Shown piece after piece: positions 37,467-46,430 of a stretch of DNA of 64,000 bases; positions within the stretch are counted from its first letter, which is position 1, and each line of letters starts with the position of its first letter. Origin of the DNA: Bacteroidales bacterium (GTDB lineage: Bacteria > Bacteroidota > Bacteroidia > Bacteroidales > 4484-276). The stretch spans positions 2,305-66,304 of the forward strand of contig JAOZMX010000001.1 in the NCBI GenBank assembly GCA_029934065.1. The letters are read 5' to 3'. A program made the translations under genes and the position numbers. A model generated the notes under the pieces. That model had not been told where the DNA came from. It searched no databases and saw only the letters and a program-made list of their open reading frames with translations.

Positions 37467-38807
37467 TCAGTTGATGTTGCTATATTTTACGAAGGGAAAA
37501 AAAATATCAAACCGCGTACCTTTGCCGGGTTCACTGCTTACCCTGATGTTTCCGTTGTGGGCGTCAACAATGGTTTTAACGTAGTAAAGTCCGATACCGA
37601 AACCTTTTACATTGTGGATGTTTCCGGTGTGTATCCGGTAAAAATTCCTGAAAATGTTGGTCTGGTTTTCACGCGACATACCGATCCCTTTATCTTCAAC
37701 CGAAATGGTGATCCCTTTCCGGTTGCTGCGTGTTGAAATGGTGATTTCCGGTGCATCCTTCGAATATTTTCTGGCGTTGTCCAGAATATTGATCAATACA
37801 TTGCTGAAATGTTGCCTGTCGGCCATGATCTTGTCCTGTGCCGCATTGAACCGCGAAAATATCTTTCCGTTTTGGGGATCAAGTGTCACTTCAAAATTTC
37901 CGACAATTTCCTTCAGCACTTCGTGTACATGAAATGCTTCCAGTTTCAGTTTATAATTTCCTTTTTCGAGGGTTGCCACCTGAAGCACTTTTTCAACCTG
38001 GTCCTTGAGCCTTGTATTTTCATCAAAGATCACACGGGCATATTTGTTGACGTTCTCTTTGTCATTCACAACATGTTCCTTCAAAAGCATTTCGCTGGCC
38101 ACCGAGATGGTTGAAATGGGGGTTTTGAATTCATGGGTCATGTTATTGACAAAATCCGCTTTGATCTCCGAAATCTTTTTTTGTCGAAGCAGGTAAACAA
38201 TCACAAACCAAAAACATCCGATGATGACCAGCATAAAAAAGGCCGAAAGGATAAGATTTACTTTCATTTTCTGAAATACAAATGCCGTTTGATTCGGAAA
38301 ATATACCCCCAGCCGGTAAGTTTCGGGCTGAAAAATACAGGAGATGGAGATGTTGTGTTTCGAACGGATGATCTTGTCCTTGTATCCGCTGTAATTTCCA
38401 AGAAGAAATTCACCGGTTTTTTTTTCGTAAATGCCGTAATAGAACTTGTGGTTGGGGCTAAAACGTTTGAACTCCGATTTGATGACCGTATCAATGAGTT
38501 GTGGCTGCAGCGTATGAATAAACTTGATATGGTTCGTGAAACCCGAAGTGTCGCTGGTCTTGAATTTTTGCAGCAAAAGCGAATCGTTTTGCAGGGTCAG
38601 CAGTTGGTTGACGATTTTGTTAAGCCCCAGACTCACATCTTTGTTAAACTGCTCGTTTCGGAGGCTGACGGCATCCGAAACCCAAAACAGCTGCGTAACA
38701 GTAACTCCCAGTAAAGCCAGGGAGGTGATGATGATGGTGATGGTGATTGTTTTTTGTTTCAATTTTTTTCGTCCTATTGTTAAATGTTTAAACGGCCGAA
38801 TTAACAA
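37467..38807 (-). CDS. sensor histidine kinase
   Basis: Has two TM segments, an H-box (MTHEFKTPIS), an N-box (ILDNARKY) and G-boxes (DKGIGM, GFGIGL). It lies 11 nt upstream of the response regulator. Confidence 0.9.
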   Translation of the reverse strand: MLIRPFKHLTIGRKKLKQKTITITIIITSLALLGVTVTQLFWVSDAVSLRNEQFNKDVSLGLNKIVNQLLTLQNDSLLLQKFKTSDTSGFTNHIKFIHTLQPQLIDTVIKSEFKRFSPNHKFYYGIYEKKTGEFLLGNYSGYKDKIIRSKHNISISCIFQPETYRLGVYFPNQTAFVFQKMKVNLILSAFFMLVIIGCFWFVIVYLLRQKKISEIKADFVNNMTHEFKTPISTISVASEMLLKEHVVNDKENVNKYARVIFDENTRLKDQVEKVLQVATLEKGNYKLKLEAFHVHEVLKEIVGNFEVTLDPQNGKIFSRFNAAQDKIMADRQHFSNVLINILDNARKYSKDAPEITISTRSNRKGITISVEDKGIGMSRENQTNIFRNFYRIHTGNIHNVKGFGIGLYYVKTIVDAHNGNIRVSSEPGKGTRFDIFFPFVKYSNIN

Positions 38808-38989
38808 ATCGTTAACAAAAATTAACAGTTCGTTAACATTACAGGTTTTGTCTTGAAGTATGTTTGCATCGGATTAATGACAAAAATATTAAAAAATCAT
38901 CACGTACATTGACAAACGGAAATTAAAGATAGTTGGTTGCAAATTGCAACAGACTGGAGAGAGATAATTTTTTCATTTCATTTTTTTGG

Positions 38990-39015
38990 GCCCCGCTCCC
39001 CGCGGGGCTTTTTTT
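38990..39015 (+). terminator. GC-rich hairpin with a T7 tail that is functional-looking only on the plus strand
   Basis: A 7-bp stem (GCCCCGC / GCGGGGC) with a 5-nt loop is followed by TTTTTTT (39009-39015). On the minus strand (dtd sense) the stem is followed by an A-tract instead. Confidence 0.5.
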
Positions 39016-39466
39016 ATTCCCTGTTTTTACTGTCGATGATGATGGTTACCGGTCCGTCGTTGATGAGCGAAACCTTCATGTAAGCACCGAAAACGCCGGT
39101 TTCCACTTTTTTATAAACGCTCTTTTCGAGCCGTAATTTGAATTTTTCGTACAACGGAATGGCCGTTTCGGGCCGGGCGGCTTTGATGTATGAGGGACGG
39201 TTTCCTTTTTTGGTGCTGGCGTGCAGTGTGAACTGGCTGACCAGTAACACTTCTCCGTCAACTGCTGTGATGGCGAGATTCATTACTCCGTTTTCGTCGT
39301 CAAAGATGCGCAGTCGCGAAATTTTTCCGCAAAGCCATTCAATGTCTTCCTCCGTATCGGCCTCTTCGATGCCGAGCAAAACCAGCAACCCTTTGCCGAT
39401 TTTTCCTTTGATGGCACCTTCAATTTCGACCGAAGCCTGTGTTACCCTTTGAATTACCGCACGCAT
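39014..39466 (-). CDS. dtd: D-aminoacyl-tRNA deacylase
   Basis: 150 aa with MRAVIQRV...LLVLLGI...LVSQFTL...GNRPSF-like (KKGNRPSY) and GVFGAYMKVSLINDGPVT. Confidence 0.95.
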   Translation of the reverse strand: MRAVIQRVTQASVEIEGAIKGKIGKGLLVLLGIEEADTEEDIEWLCGKISRLRIFDDENGVMNLAITAVDGEVLLVSQFTLHASTKKGNRPSYIKAARPETAIPLYEKFKLRLEKSVYKKVETGVFGAYMKVSLINDGPVTIIIDSKNRE

Positions 39467-39523
39467 AATTTTTATGGTTTAATAAATGTTATCATTTTAT
39501 CTACGTGCAAACATAGTAAATAT

Positions 39524-39531
39524 TAATTTTG
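39524..39531 (+). promoter_or_regulatory. -7 box TAatTTTG upstream of pdxJ
   Basis: TAATTTTG lies 16 nt upstream of the ATG at 39547. Confidence 0.4.
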
Positions 39532-39546
39532 AAAAAAAATTCAGTT

Positions 39547-40269
39547 ATGACAAGATTAAGTGTGAACATCAATAAAATCGCCACATTGCGTAATGCGCGC
39601 GGCGGAAATATTCCGGATGTGGTGAAAGCGGCAGTGGACTGTCAACGTTTCGGGGCACAGGGCATCACCGTTCATCCCCGCCCCGACGAGCGGCATATCC
39701 GTTATCAGGATGTTTTGGATTTGCGACCGGTGGTGACCACCGAATTCAACATCGAAGGTTATCCCGGCCGCAAGTTCATTGAGCTGGTTACCAAAGTAAA
39801 ACCCGAGCAGGTAACTTTGGTGCCCGATCCGCCCGGCGTACTCACCTCCAATGCAGGATGGGACACGGTGAAACATAAAGCCTTTCTGCGGGATGTGATC
39901 CTTGAATTTCATGCCCACGGTATCCGCACTTCCATCTTTATCGAAACCGATGCGAGGATGATTGAAAATGCCGCCGAAACGGGAACCGACCGGGTTGAAT
40001 TGTACACCGAAGCCTATGCGAAAAATTATCCACGTGACCGAAAATCGGCCGTTGCGTCTTTTGTGGAAGCCGCTAAAGTAGCAGAAACTGCCGGTCTGGG
40101 GCTCAACGCCGGTCATGACCTGAATCTGGACAACCTGAAATATTTTGCACAAAATGTTCCCGGCCTGCTTGAGGTTTCCATTGGCCACGCCCTCATTTGC
40201 GATGCCCTCTATTTCGGACTCGAAAACACCATTCAGCTTTACCTGAATCGCCTTCGGATTGCGGAGTAA
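39547..40269 (+). CDS. pdxJ: pyridoxine 5'-phosphate synthase
   Basis: Has [47 protein letters not shown] and EVSIGHAL. Start is at the ATG at 39547. Confidence 0.95.
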   Translation: MTRLSVNINKIATLRNARGGNIPDVVKAAVDCQRFGAQGITVHPRPDERHIRYQDVLDLRPVVTTEFNIEGYPGRKFIELVTKVKPEQVTLVPDPPGVLTSNAGWDTVKHKAFLRDVILEFHAHGIRTSIFIETDARMIENAAETGTDRVELYTEAYAKNYPRDRKSAVASFVEAAKVAETAGLGLNAGHDLNLDNLKYFAQNVPGLLEVSIGHALICDALYFGLENTIQLYLNRLRIAE

Positions 40270-40328
40270 ATCCGTTTTAGCACAATTATTGATTGCATGC
40301 TGTACCAACTCACAAAAAAATCTCAACG

Positions 40329-43300
40329 ATGAAATTACTTAAAATTTTTATGCCGGTGGTTTTATTCCTTTTGCTGGCACTGATTTTTACATCAAACAAA
40401 TTACCCATGGATAAAGACTATGAAACGACATGGAAAAAGGTTGATTCGCTGGATAAACTCATGCAGCCCAGGTCGGCATTAGAGCTTGTAGAGCAGATTT
40501 ATCAACAGGCCAAATCGGAAAACAATACCCCGCAGCTTATCAAAGCAAACCTCTACCGCATTAAGCTGATGGCCGGTTTTGAAGAAAATGCACTTATCAA
40601 AGCCATTCATCAGATTGAAAATGAAATATCAACTGCCGGAACCCCCGAAAAACAACTGCTGCATTCAATTGAGGCGGAATTATATTGGCGTTACTATCAG
40701 ACAAACCGGTACAAAATTCTCAACAGAACTACTACGGTGAATTTTGTGCAGGAAGATATTGCAACGTGGGATGCCCGGAAACTTGCCGATGCAGCCGTTG
40801 AGAATTATCAACTGTCGTTGACGGACAAAGAGGAATTGCAAAAAATCAACATCGAAAGTTTTAAACCCATTCTTGTCGAAGAGCCCGAATCCGGGATTTT
40901 CAGGCCCACGTTGTTCGACTTTCTGGCCTATCGTGCATTTGATTTTTACCGCAACGACGAATCGGGCCTGACGCGTGCAGCAGAACGTTTTGAGATCAAT
41001 GATGCGGACTATTTTTTGCCGGCGCCGGAATTTTCAACCCTTGACATTGACAAGCCCGAGCATGTTTCAAACGATTATTTTGCGCTGAAGGTGCTGCAGG
41101 AATTGCTTGCTTTTCATCTCCATGACGAAACGCCGCAAGCGATTATTGATGCTGATATGACGCGTCTGGAATTTGTTTACAACAAAACCACCCTTCCGGA
41201 AAAAGACAGCCTGTATCTCTCTGCCCTTACCGCCATCGAAGAGCTTTATGAAAGTTCGCCCTATTCTGCGCAGGTCATTTTTAAGCTCGCCCGTTTTTAT
41301 TACCAACAGGGCAATCAGTACAATCCCCGGCTTTCGGATGACCACCGCTGGGAAAAGAAAACCGCAGCGGAGTATTGCAAAAAAGCCATCAAGTCTTTCC
41401 CCGGGTCGATGGGTGCCGAAAATTGCAAAACCCTTCTTAATACGATTCAAAAACCGGATATCGGAATTACCGCTGAAAACCGGATTTTACCCGGAAAACC
41501 CTCTTTAATACTGCTGAAATGGCAAAATGTAAAACGGGCCTATTTCCGTGTTTTAAGAATGGATTACCGGCCATTTAAAACCATGATAAGGAGACAGGAT
41601 TCGAAACAGATCGTTGAGAAATTGCTCTCGGAAAAACCGGTCTTGAGCTGGGATATCGAAATTCCCGACGAGGGAGATTTTCAACAACACACTTCCGAAA
41701 TTGAAATACCCGGGTTGGATAAAGGTTTTTATGTGCTTTTGGCAGGGAATAACGAAGATTTCAACAAGCTGAACCTTGCGGTGGCATGGTCGGATTTCTG
41801 GGCGACGAACATCAGTTACATCAGCAAGAACGACCCGGGAAAAGGATATGAATTGTACGTGCTCGACAGAACAAAAGGGTCTCCGCTCAAAGGGGTAGCC
41901 ATCAATGCCTATACCCGTGATTACAATTATCAAAAACGGACTTATGAGATCAATCCCTGGAAAAGTTTCAGCAGCGATGACAATGGATTTTTCGAAATCG
42001 ACAGCCGAAGTGAAGACCAAAGATCAAAATCGGTTACGCTGGAGTTTGTCAAAGGCGATGATAAGCTGATTGCCGATCAGGCATTATTCATCGGACATCA
42101 TTATGACAATGAACAAAAACCGGTAATCAAAACCTTCTTTTTTACCGATCGTTCCATTTACCGGCCCGGACAAACGGTTTATTTCAAAGCCGTCATTTTG
42201 GAAAAGACAGGTGACGAATATAAGATTTTGCCGGATTTTACCACCAACATCGAATTTCGCGACGTCAACTACCGGGAGGTGAGCAGTGTTGAACTGACCA
42301 CCAATGATTACGGTTCGGTGAGCGGATCGTTCGTTATTCCCACGGGAGCGCTCAACGGGATGATGACCCTGAAGAACAGAACGGGCAATGTGAATTTTTC
42401 CGTTGAAGAATACAAGCGTCCCACCTTTGAAGTATTGTTCGATCCCATCAAGGGGAGCTACAAGCTCAACGAAACGATTTCGGTAACCGGGCAGGCCATG
42501 GCCTACGCCGGCAACACGCTCGACGGAGCAAATGTAACCTACAGGGTGGTTCGGAAAACTTTTTTCCCTTACCGGTACATTTTCGGTTATTCGCCCTATT
42601 TCTTTCCTCCGTCAACGGAGACGGAGATCACAAATGGCGAAACCGTAACAGACAACGACGGCCGTTTCACCATTGCTTTCAAAGCCATTCCCGACAAGGA
42701 GATCAACCAACGGTTCAAACCCGTTTTTCACTATACCGTATCTGCAACGGTAACCGATATCAACGGAGAAACACATTCGGCCGAAGAGACCGTTTCGGTG
42801 GGTGCGGAGGCGTTGTTCCTTGATGTTGATATCCCCAAATTGGTCAATCGCAGCGATAAAAATGAATTTGAACTTAAAACCGCCAATCTGAACGGCGAAA
42901 AACAGGCGGTTCAGGTGGAAATTATCATTAACAAACTCAAAGATACTGAACAATTGTTGTTGGACAGGCCGTGGCAAAAGCCGGACGAACAGGTCATTGA
43001 CCGGCCGGATTTTGAATCCGCTTTTCCCAACCGGGTGTACAACGACGAAAATAATCCGGCGAACTGGGAAAGAAAAGAGGTGGTTTTCAACGGGCAACTG
43101 GATACGGGACAGGATTCGGTGCTGGTCATCAAGAATTTGTCCGGATGGGATAAGGGTGAATATGCATTGGTGATGACGGCAACCGACGTTTACGGACAGG
43201 AGGTGAAAACCGAAAAATATTTCACGTTGTTCGATCCCGAGGGCAAACAGCCCCCGCTGAAGACTTACGATTGGTTTGTCCCGTTGAAGGAACAGGGCGA

Positions 43301-46300
43301 ACCCGGCGAAGAGGCTGTTTTTCTTGTCGGGACTTCGGCAAGAAAGGTCAACATGCTTTACGAAATCCAGCATCAGGGGAATGTTGTCAGCAGCCGGTGG
43401 ATCCATCTCGACAGGGAGCAGCAGAAAATCACCATCCCCATCAAAGAGGAGTACCGCGGAAATTTTTCCGTTCAGTTGACTTTTGTGAAAGACAACAGAG
43501 TGTTCAAAAATGAACAGGTGGTCAAAGTTCCATATACGAATAAAAAGCTTGATCTGACATTCGAAAGTTTAAGGAGTGACCTTTTGCCGGGCGGTAAAGA
43601 AAAGTGGACCATTACCATTCGTGATAAAAAGGGAGATAAGGTTGCTGCCGAGATGCTGGCTTCGATGTACGATGCTTCGCTGGATGCCTTTACTGCTCAC
43701 CGCTGGAATTTTAATTTGCTTACATATTACAACGCCATCATTTCATGGTCGGCAACGGGCAATTTCGGTGTTTCGCCGGGCAGGACCGTTCTGCTGTCTT
43801 CGGTGGCCGGGCAGCCGTACCATTACCCGAAATACGACCGGCTCAACTGGTTCGGCTATGGCGATTATCGTAGTTGGCCCATGAAAGGAGGGCGGGATGC
43901 CATGCGTTACAGCATGAATGGTGTCCCTGTCCCCGGTAATGCCCAAATGCCGCTGGAGGTTGTTGAAGATGATCTTGAGCTTTTTTCCATTGCGGAAGGG
44001 GTGAATGAACCTGTTGAAGGAGCTGCTGTTCAGCAACCGGAACAAAAGAAAGCCGAACCTTTTGCCGGCATGCAGGTACGTCGCGATTTCAGGGAAACCG
44101 CCTTTTTCTATCCGCAACTGCATACCAACGAGAACGGTGATGTGGTCATCAGTTTCACCCTGCCCGAATCGTTTACCAGATGGAATTTTATGGGACTGGC
44201 CTATACCAAAGACCTGAAAACGGGAATGCTTGAAAAAACCTTTACGGCAAGCAAAAAGCTGATGGTAATGCCCAATGCACCGCGTTTTTTCAGGCAGGGC
44301 GACACCTTGTTTTTTACCACCAAAGTGGTGAACCTTTCCGGTGAAAAACTGGAAGGCTCGGCAAAGCTGGAATTTTTTGATGCCGTCACCATGCAGCCGG
44401 CCGATGCAAAATTTCAGTTGCAGGAGGCGGTTAAAGATTTTACCGCCGGAAAAGGGGAGAGCACGGTCGTAAGCTGGAAAATTGTGGTTCCCGGGGATTT
44501 CAATGTGATAACTTATCGTGTTAAAGCCACAGCCGGCAATTACAGCGATGGTGAGGAAAAGACCCTGCCGGTACTTTCCAACCGCAAACTCGTAACCGAA
44601 GCAATGCCCTTGCCCGTAAACGGAAATGAGACCAAAACATTTGAAATGAAGAAACTCCTTGAGTCAGGAGGGAGCAAAAGTATCAAAAACTACCGCCTGA
44701 CGCTGGAATTTTCGTCCAATCCGGCATGGTATGCAGTGCAGGCTTTGCCGGTTATTTCGGAGCCCGTGTTCAAAAATACCGTTTCGGTTTTCGGGAGCTT
44801 TTTTGCCAACAGCATTGCCTTTTATCTGGCCAATGACAACCCGAAAATCAAACGAGTGTTCGAAAGCTGGAAAAACCAAACACCGGAAAGCTTGCTCTCG
44901 AATCTGGAGAAAAACCAGGACCTGAAGAATCTGCTCCTCGAACAAACGCCGTGGGTGATGCAGGCCCGGAATGAGTCGGAGCGCAAACAACGCATCGCAC
45001 TTTTGTTCGATATCAACAACATGCAAAACCGCCTGGACGCCTCCATACGATTACTGCAAAAATTGCAGGCTCCCAACGGCGGGTTCATGTGGTTTGAAGG
45101 GATGCGCGACAGCCGGCACATCACACAACAAGTCGTTGAAGGGTTCGGAAAACTCAAAAACCTCGGCATCATTGATGTCATCGGCGACAACCGTATCAAT
45201 AAAATGATGACTGCTGCCGTGCGTTATCTCGACGACCGTATCCTTGAAGATTACGAAAAGCTGAAAAAAAATACCGACGACATGGAAAAAGACCATGTTT
45301 CGGCCACGCAAATTCAATACCTTTATGCCAGAAGTTTTTTCGGGAACATTATGATCAACCCCAACTGCGAAACGGCATTTAATTATTACAAACAGCAAGC
45401 CGGAAAATACTGGCAGGCCGAAAACATCTATTTACAGGGTATGATTGCCCTTGCGCTTAACCGTTACGGCGAACCGGAAACGCCGGCACTGATCGTTAAG
45501 TCGCTAAAGGAACGTTCGCTCGAAAACGAAGAGATGGGAATGTACTGGAAACAGCAAAACGGTTACTTCTGGTATCAGGCTCCGGTTGAAACGCAGGCGC
45601 TGATGATCGAGGTTTTTGATGAAGTGGCAAACGATCTTGAAGCGGTGGAAAAGATGAAAATATGGCTGCTGAAACAAAAACAAACCAACGACTGGAAAAC
45701 CGATCGTGCCACCGTTGAAGCGGTTTACGCTCTTTTGGGACGGGGGACGGATTTGCTGCAGGGCAATGAACTGGCAACAATTAAAGTTGGCGATAAAAAC
45801 ATTTCGCGCAAACGGATGGGAATGGTTGAAGCGGGAACAGGTTATTTCCGGACTTCCTGGCCGGGCAGCGAAATAACACCCGAAATGGGGAAAGTGGTCG
45901 TAGAAAAATCCGACTACGGAGTTGCATGGGGCGCCTTGTACTGGCAGTATTTCGAAGACCTCGACAAGATCACGGCACATGAAACGCCGTTGTCGCTCAA
46001 AAAACGGCTTTTCGTGAAGCACAATACGCCCGAAGGGCCGGTGATCGAACCGGTGGAAGACGGCGATGTGTTGAGCCCGGGTGATGAGATCACCGTTCGC
46101 ATCGAGTTGCGTGTGGACCGCGATATGGAATATGTCCATATGCAGGATATGCGGGCTTCGGCTTTCGAACCGGTGAATGTGCTTTCGGGATACCGGTACA
46201 ATGGTGGTCTGGGCTATTATGAAAGTACCCGCGATGCTTCGGTTGATTTCTTTTTCGATTATTTGCGCAAAGGCACTTATGTGTTCGAATATCCGTTAAT

Positions 46301-46406
46301 GGTATCGCAAAAAGGTGATTTTTCCAACGGGATCACAACCATACAATGTATGTATGCTCCCGAATTCGGAGCGCATTCCGAAGGGGTTCGTGTCAAAGTA
46401 AAATAA
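40329..46406 (+). CDS. alpha-2-macroglobulin family (MG-domain) giant protein, thioester-less
   Basis: About 2025 aa from the ATG at 40329, with a signal/anchor sequence. Carries the A2M-domain hallmark RDFRETAFFYPQLHTNENGDVVISFTLPESFTRWNFMGLAYT. There is no CxEQ anywhere; the expected thioester site reads LPVISEPVF. Confidence 0.8.
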   Translation: MKLLKIFMPVVLFLLLALIFTSNKLPMDKDYETTWKKVDSLDKLMQPRSALELVEQIYQQAKSENNTPQLIKANLYRIKLMAGFEENALIKAIHQIENEISTAGTPEKQLLHSIEAELYWRYYQTNRYKILNRTTTVNFVQEDIATWDARKLADAAVENYQLSLTDKEELQKINIESFKPILVEEPESGIFRPTLFDFLAYRAFDFYRNDESGLTRAAERFEINDADYFLPAPEFSTLDIDKPEHVSNDYFALKVLQELLAFHLHDETPQAIIDADMTRLEFVYNKTTLPEKDSLYLSALTAIEELYESSPYSAQVIFKLARFYYQQGNQYNPRLSDDHRWEKKTAAEYCKKAIKSFPGSMGAENCKTLLNTIQKPDIGITAENRILPGKPSLILLKWQNVKRAYFRVLRMDYRPFKTMIRRQDSKQIVEKLLSEKPVLSWDIEIPDEGDFQQHTSEIEIPGLDKGFYVLLAGNNEDFNKLNLAVAWSDFWATNISYISKNDPGKGYELYVLDRTKGSPLKGVAINAYTRDYNYQKRTYEINPWKSFSSDDNGFFEIDSRSEDQRSKSVTLEFVKGDDKLIADQALFIGHHYDNEQKPVIKTFFFTDRSIYRPGQTVYFKAVILEKTGDEYKILPDFTTNIEFRDVNYREVSSVELTTNDYGSVSGSFVIPTGALNGMMTLKNRTGNVNFSVEEYKRPTFEVLFDPIKGSYKLNETISVTGQAMAYAGNTLDGANVTYRVVRKTFFPYRYIFGYSPYFFPPSTETEITNGETVTDNDGRFTIAFKAIPDKEINQRFKPVFHYTVSATVTDINGETHSAEETVSVGAEALFLDVDIPKLVNRSDKNEFELKTANLNGEKQAVQVEIIINKLKDTEQLLLDRPWQKPDEQVIDRPDFESAFPNRVYNDENNPANWERKEVVFNGQLDTGQDSVLVIKNLSGWDKGEYALVMTATDVYGQEVKTEKYFTLFDPEGKQPPLKTYDWFVPLKEQGEPGEEAVFLVGTSARKVNMLYEIQHQGNVVSSRWIHLDREQQKITIPIKEEYRGNFSVQLTFVKDNRVFKNEQVVKVPYTNKKLDLTFESLRSDLLPGGKEKWTITIRDKKGDKVAAEMLASMYDASLDAFTAHRWNFNLLTYYNAIISWSATGNFGVSPGRTVLLSSVAGQPYHYPKYDRLNWFGYGDYRSWPMKGGRDAMRYSMNGVPVPGNAQMPLEVVEDDLELFSIAEGVNEPVEGAAVQQPEQKKAEPFAGMQVRRDFRETAFFYPQLHTNENGDVVISFTLPESFTRWNFMGLAYTKDLKTGMLEKTFTASKKLMVMPNAPRFFRQGDTLFFTTKVVNLSGEKLEGSAKLEFFDAVTMQPADAKFQLQEAVKDFTAGKGESTVVSWKIVVPGDFNVITYRVKATAGNYSDGEEKTLPVLSNRKLVTEAMPLPVNGNETKTFEMKKLLESGGSKSIKNYRLTLEFSSNPAWYAVQALPVISEPVFKNTVSVFGSFFANSIAFYLANDNPKIKRVFESWKNQTPESLLSNLEKNQDLKNLLLEQTPWVMQARNESERKQRIALLFDINNMQNRLDASIRLLQKLQAPNGGFMWFEGMRDSRHITQQVVEGFGKLKNLGIIDVIGDNRINKMMTAAVRYLDDRILEDYEKLKKNTDDMEKDHVSATQIQYLYARSFFGNIMINPNCETAFNYYKQQAGKYWQAENIYLQGMIALALNRYGEPETPALIVKSLKERSLENEEMGMYWKQQNGYFWYQAPVETQALMIEVFDEVANDLEAVEKMKIWLLKQKQTNDWKTDRATVEAVYALLGRGTDLLQGNELATIKVGDKNISRKRMGMVEAGTGYFRTSWPGSEITPEMGKVVVEKSDYGVAWGALYWQYFEDLDKITAHETPLSLKKRLFVKHNTPEGPVIEPVEDGDVLSPGDEITVRIELRVDRDMEYVHMQDMRASAFEPVNVLSGYRYNGGLGYYESTRDASVDFFFDYLRKGTYVFEYPLMVSQKGDFSNGITTIQCMYAPEFGAHSEGVRVKVK

Positions 46407-46430
46407 CAACGGAAGTAAAACAACGAGAAG

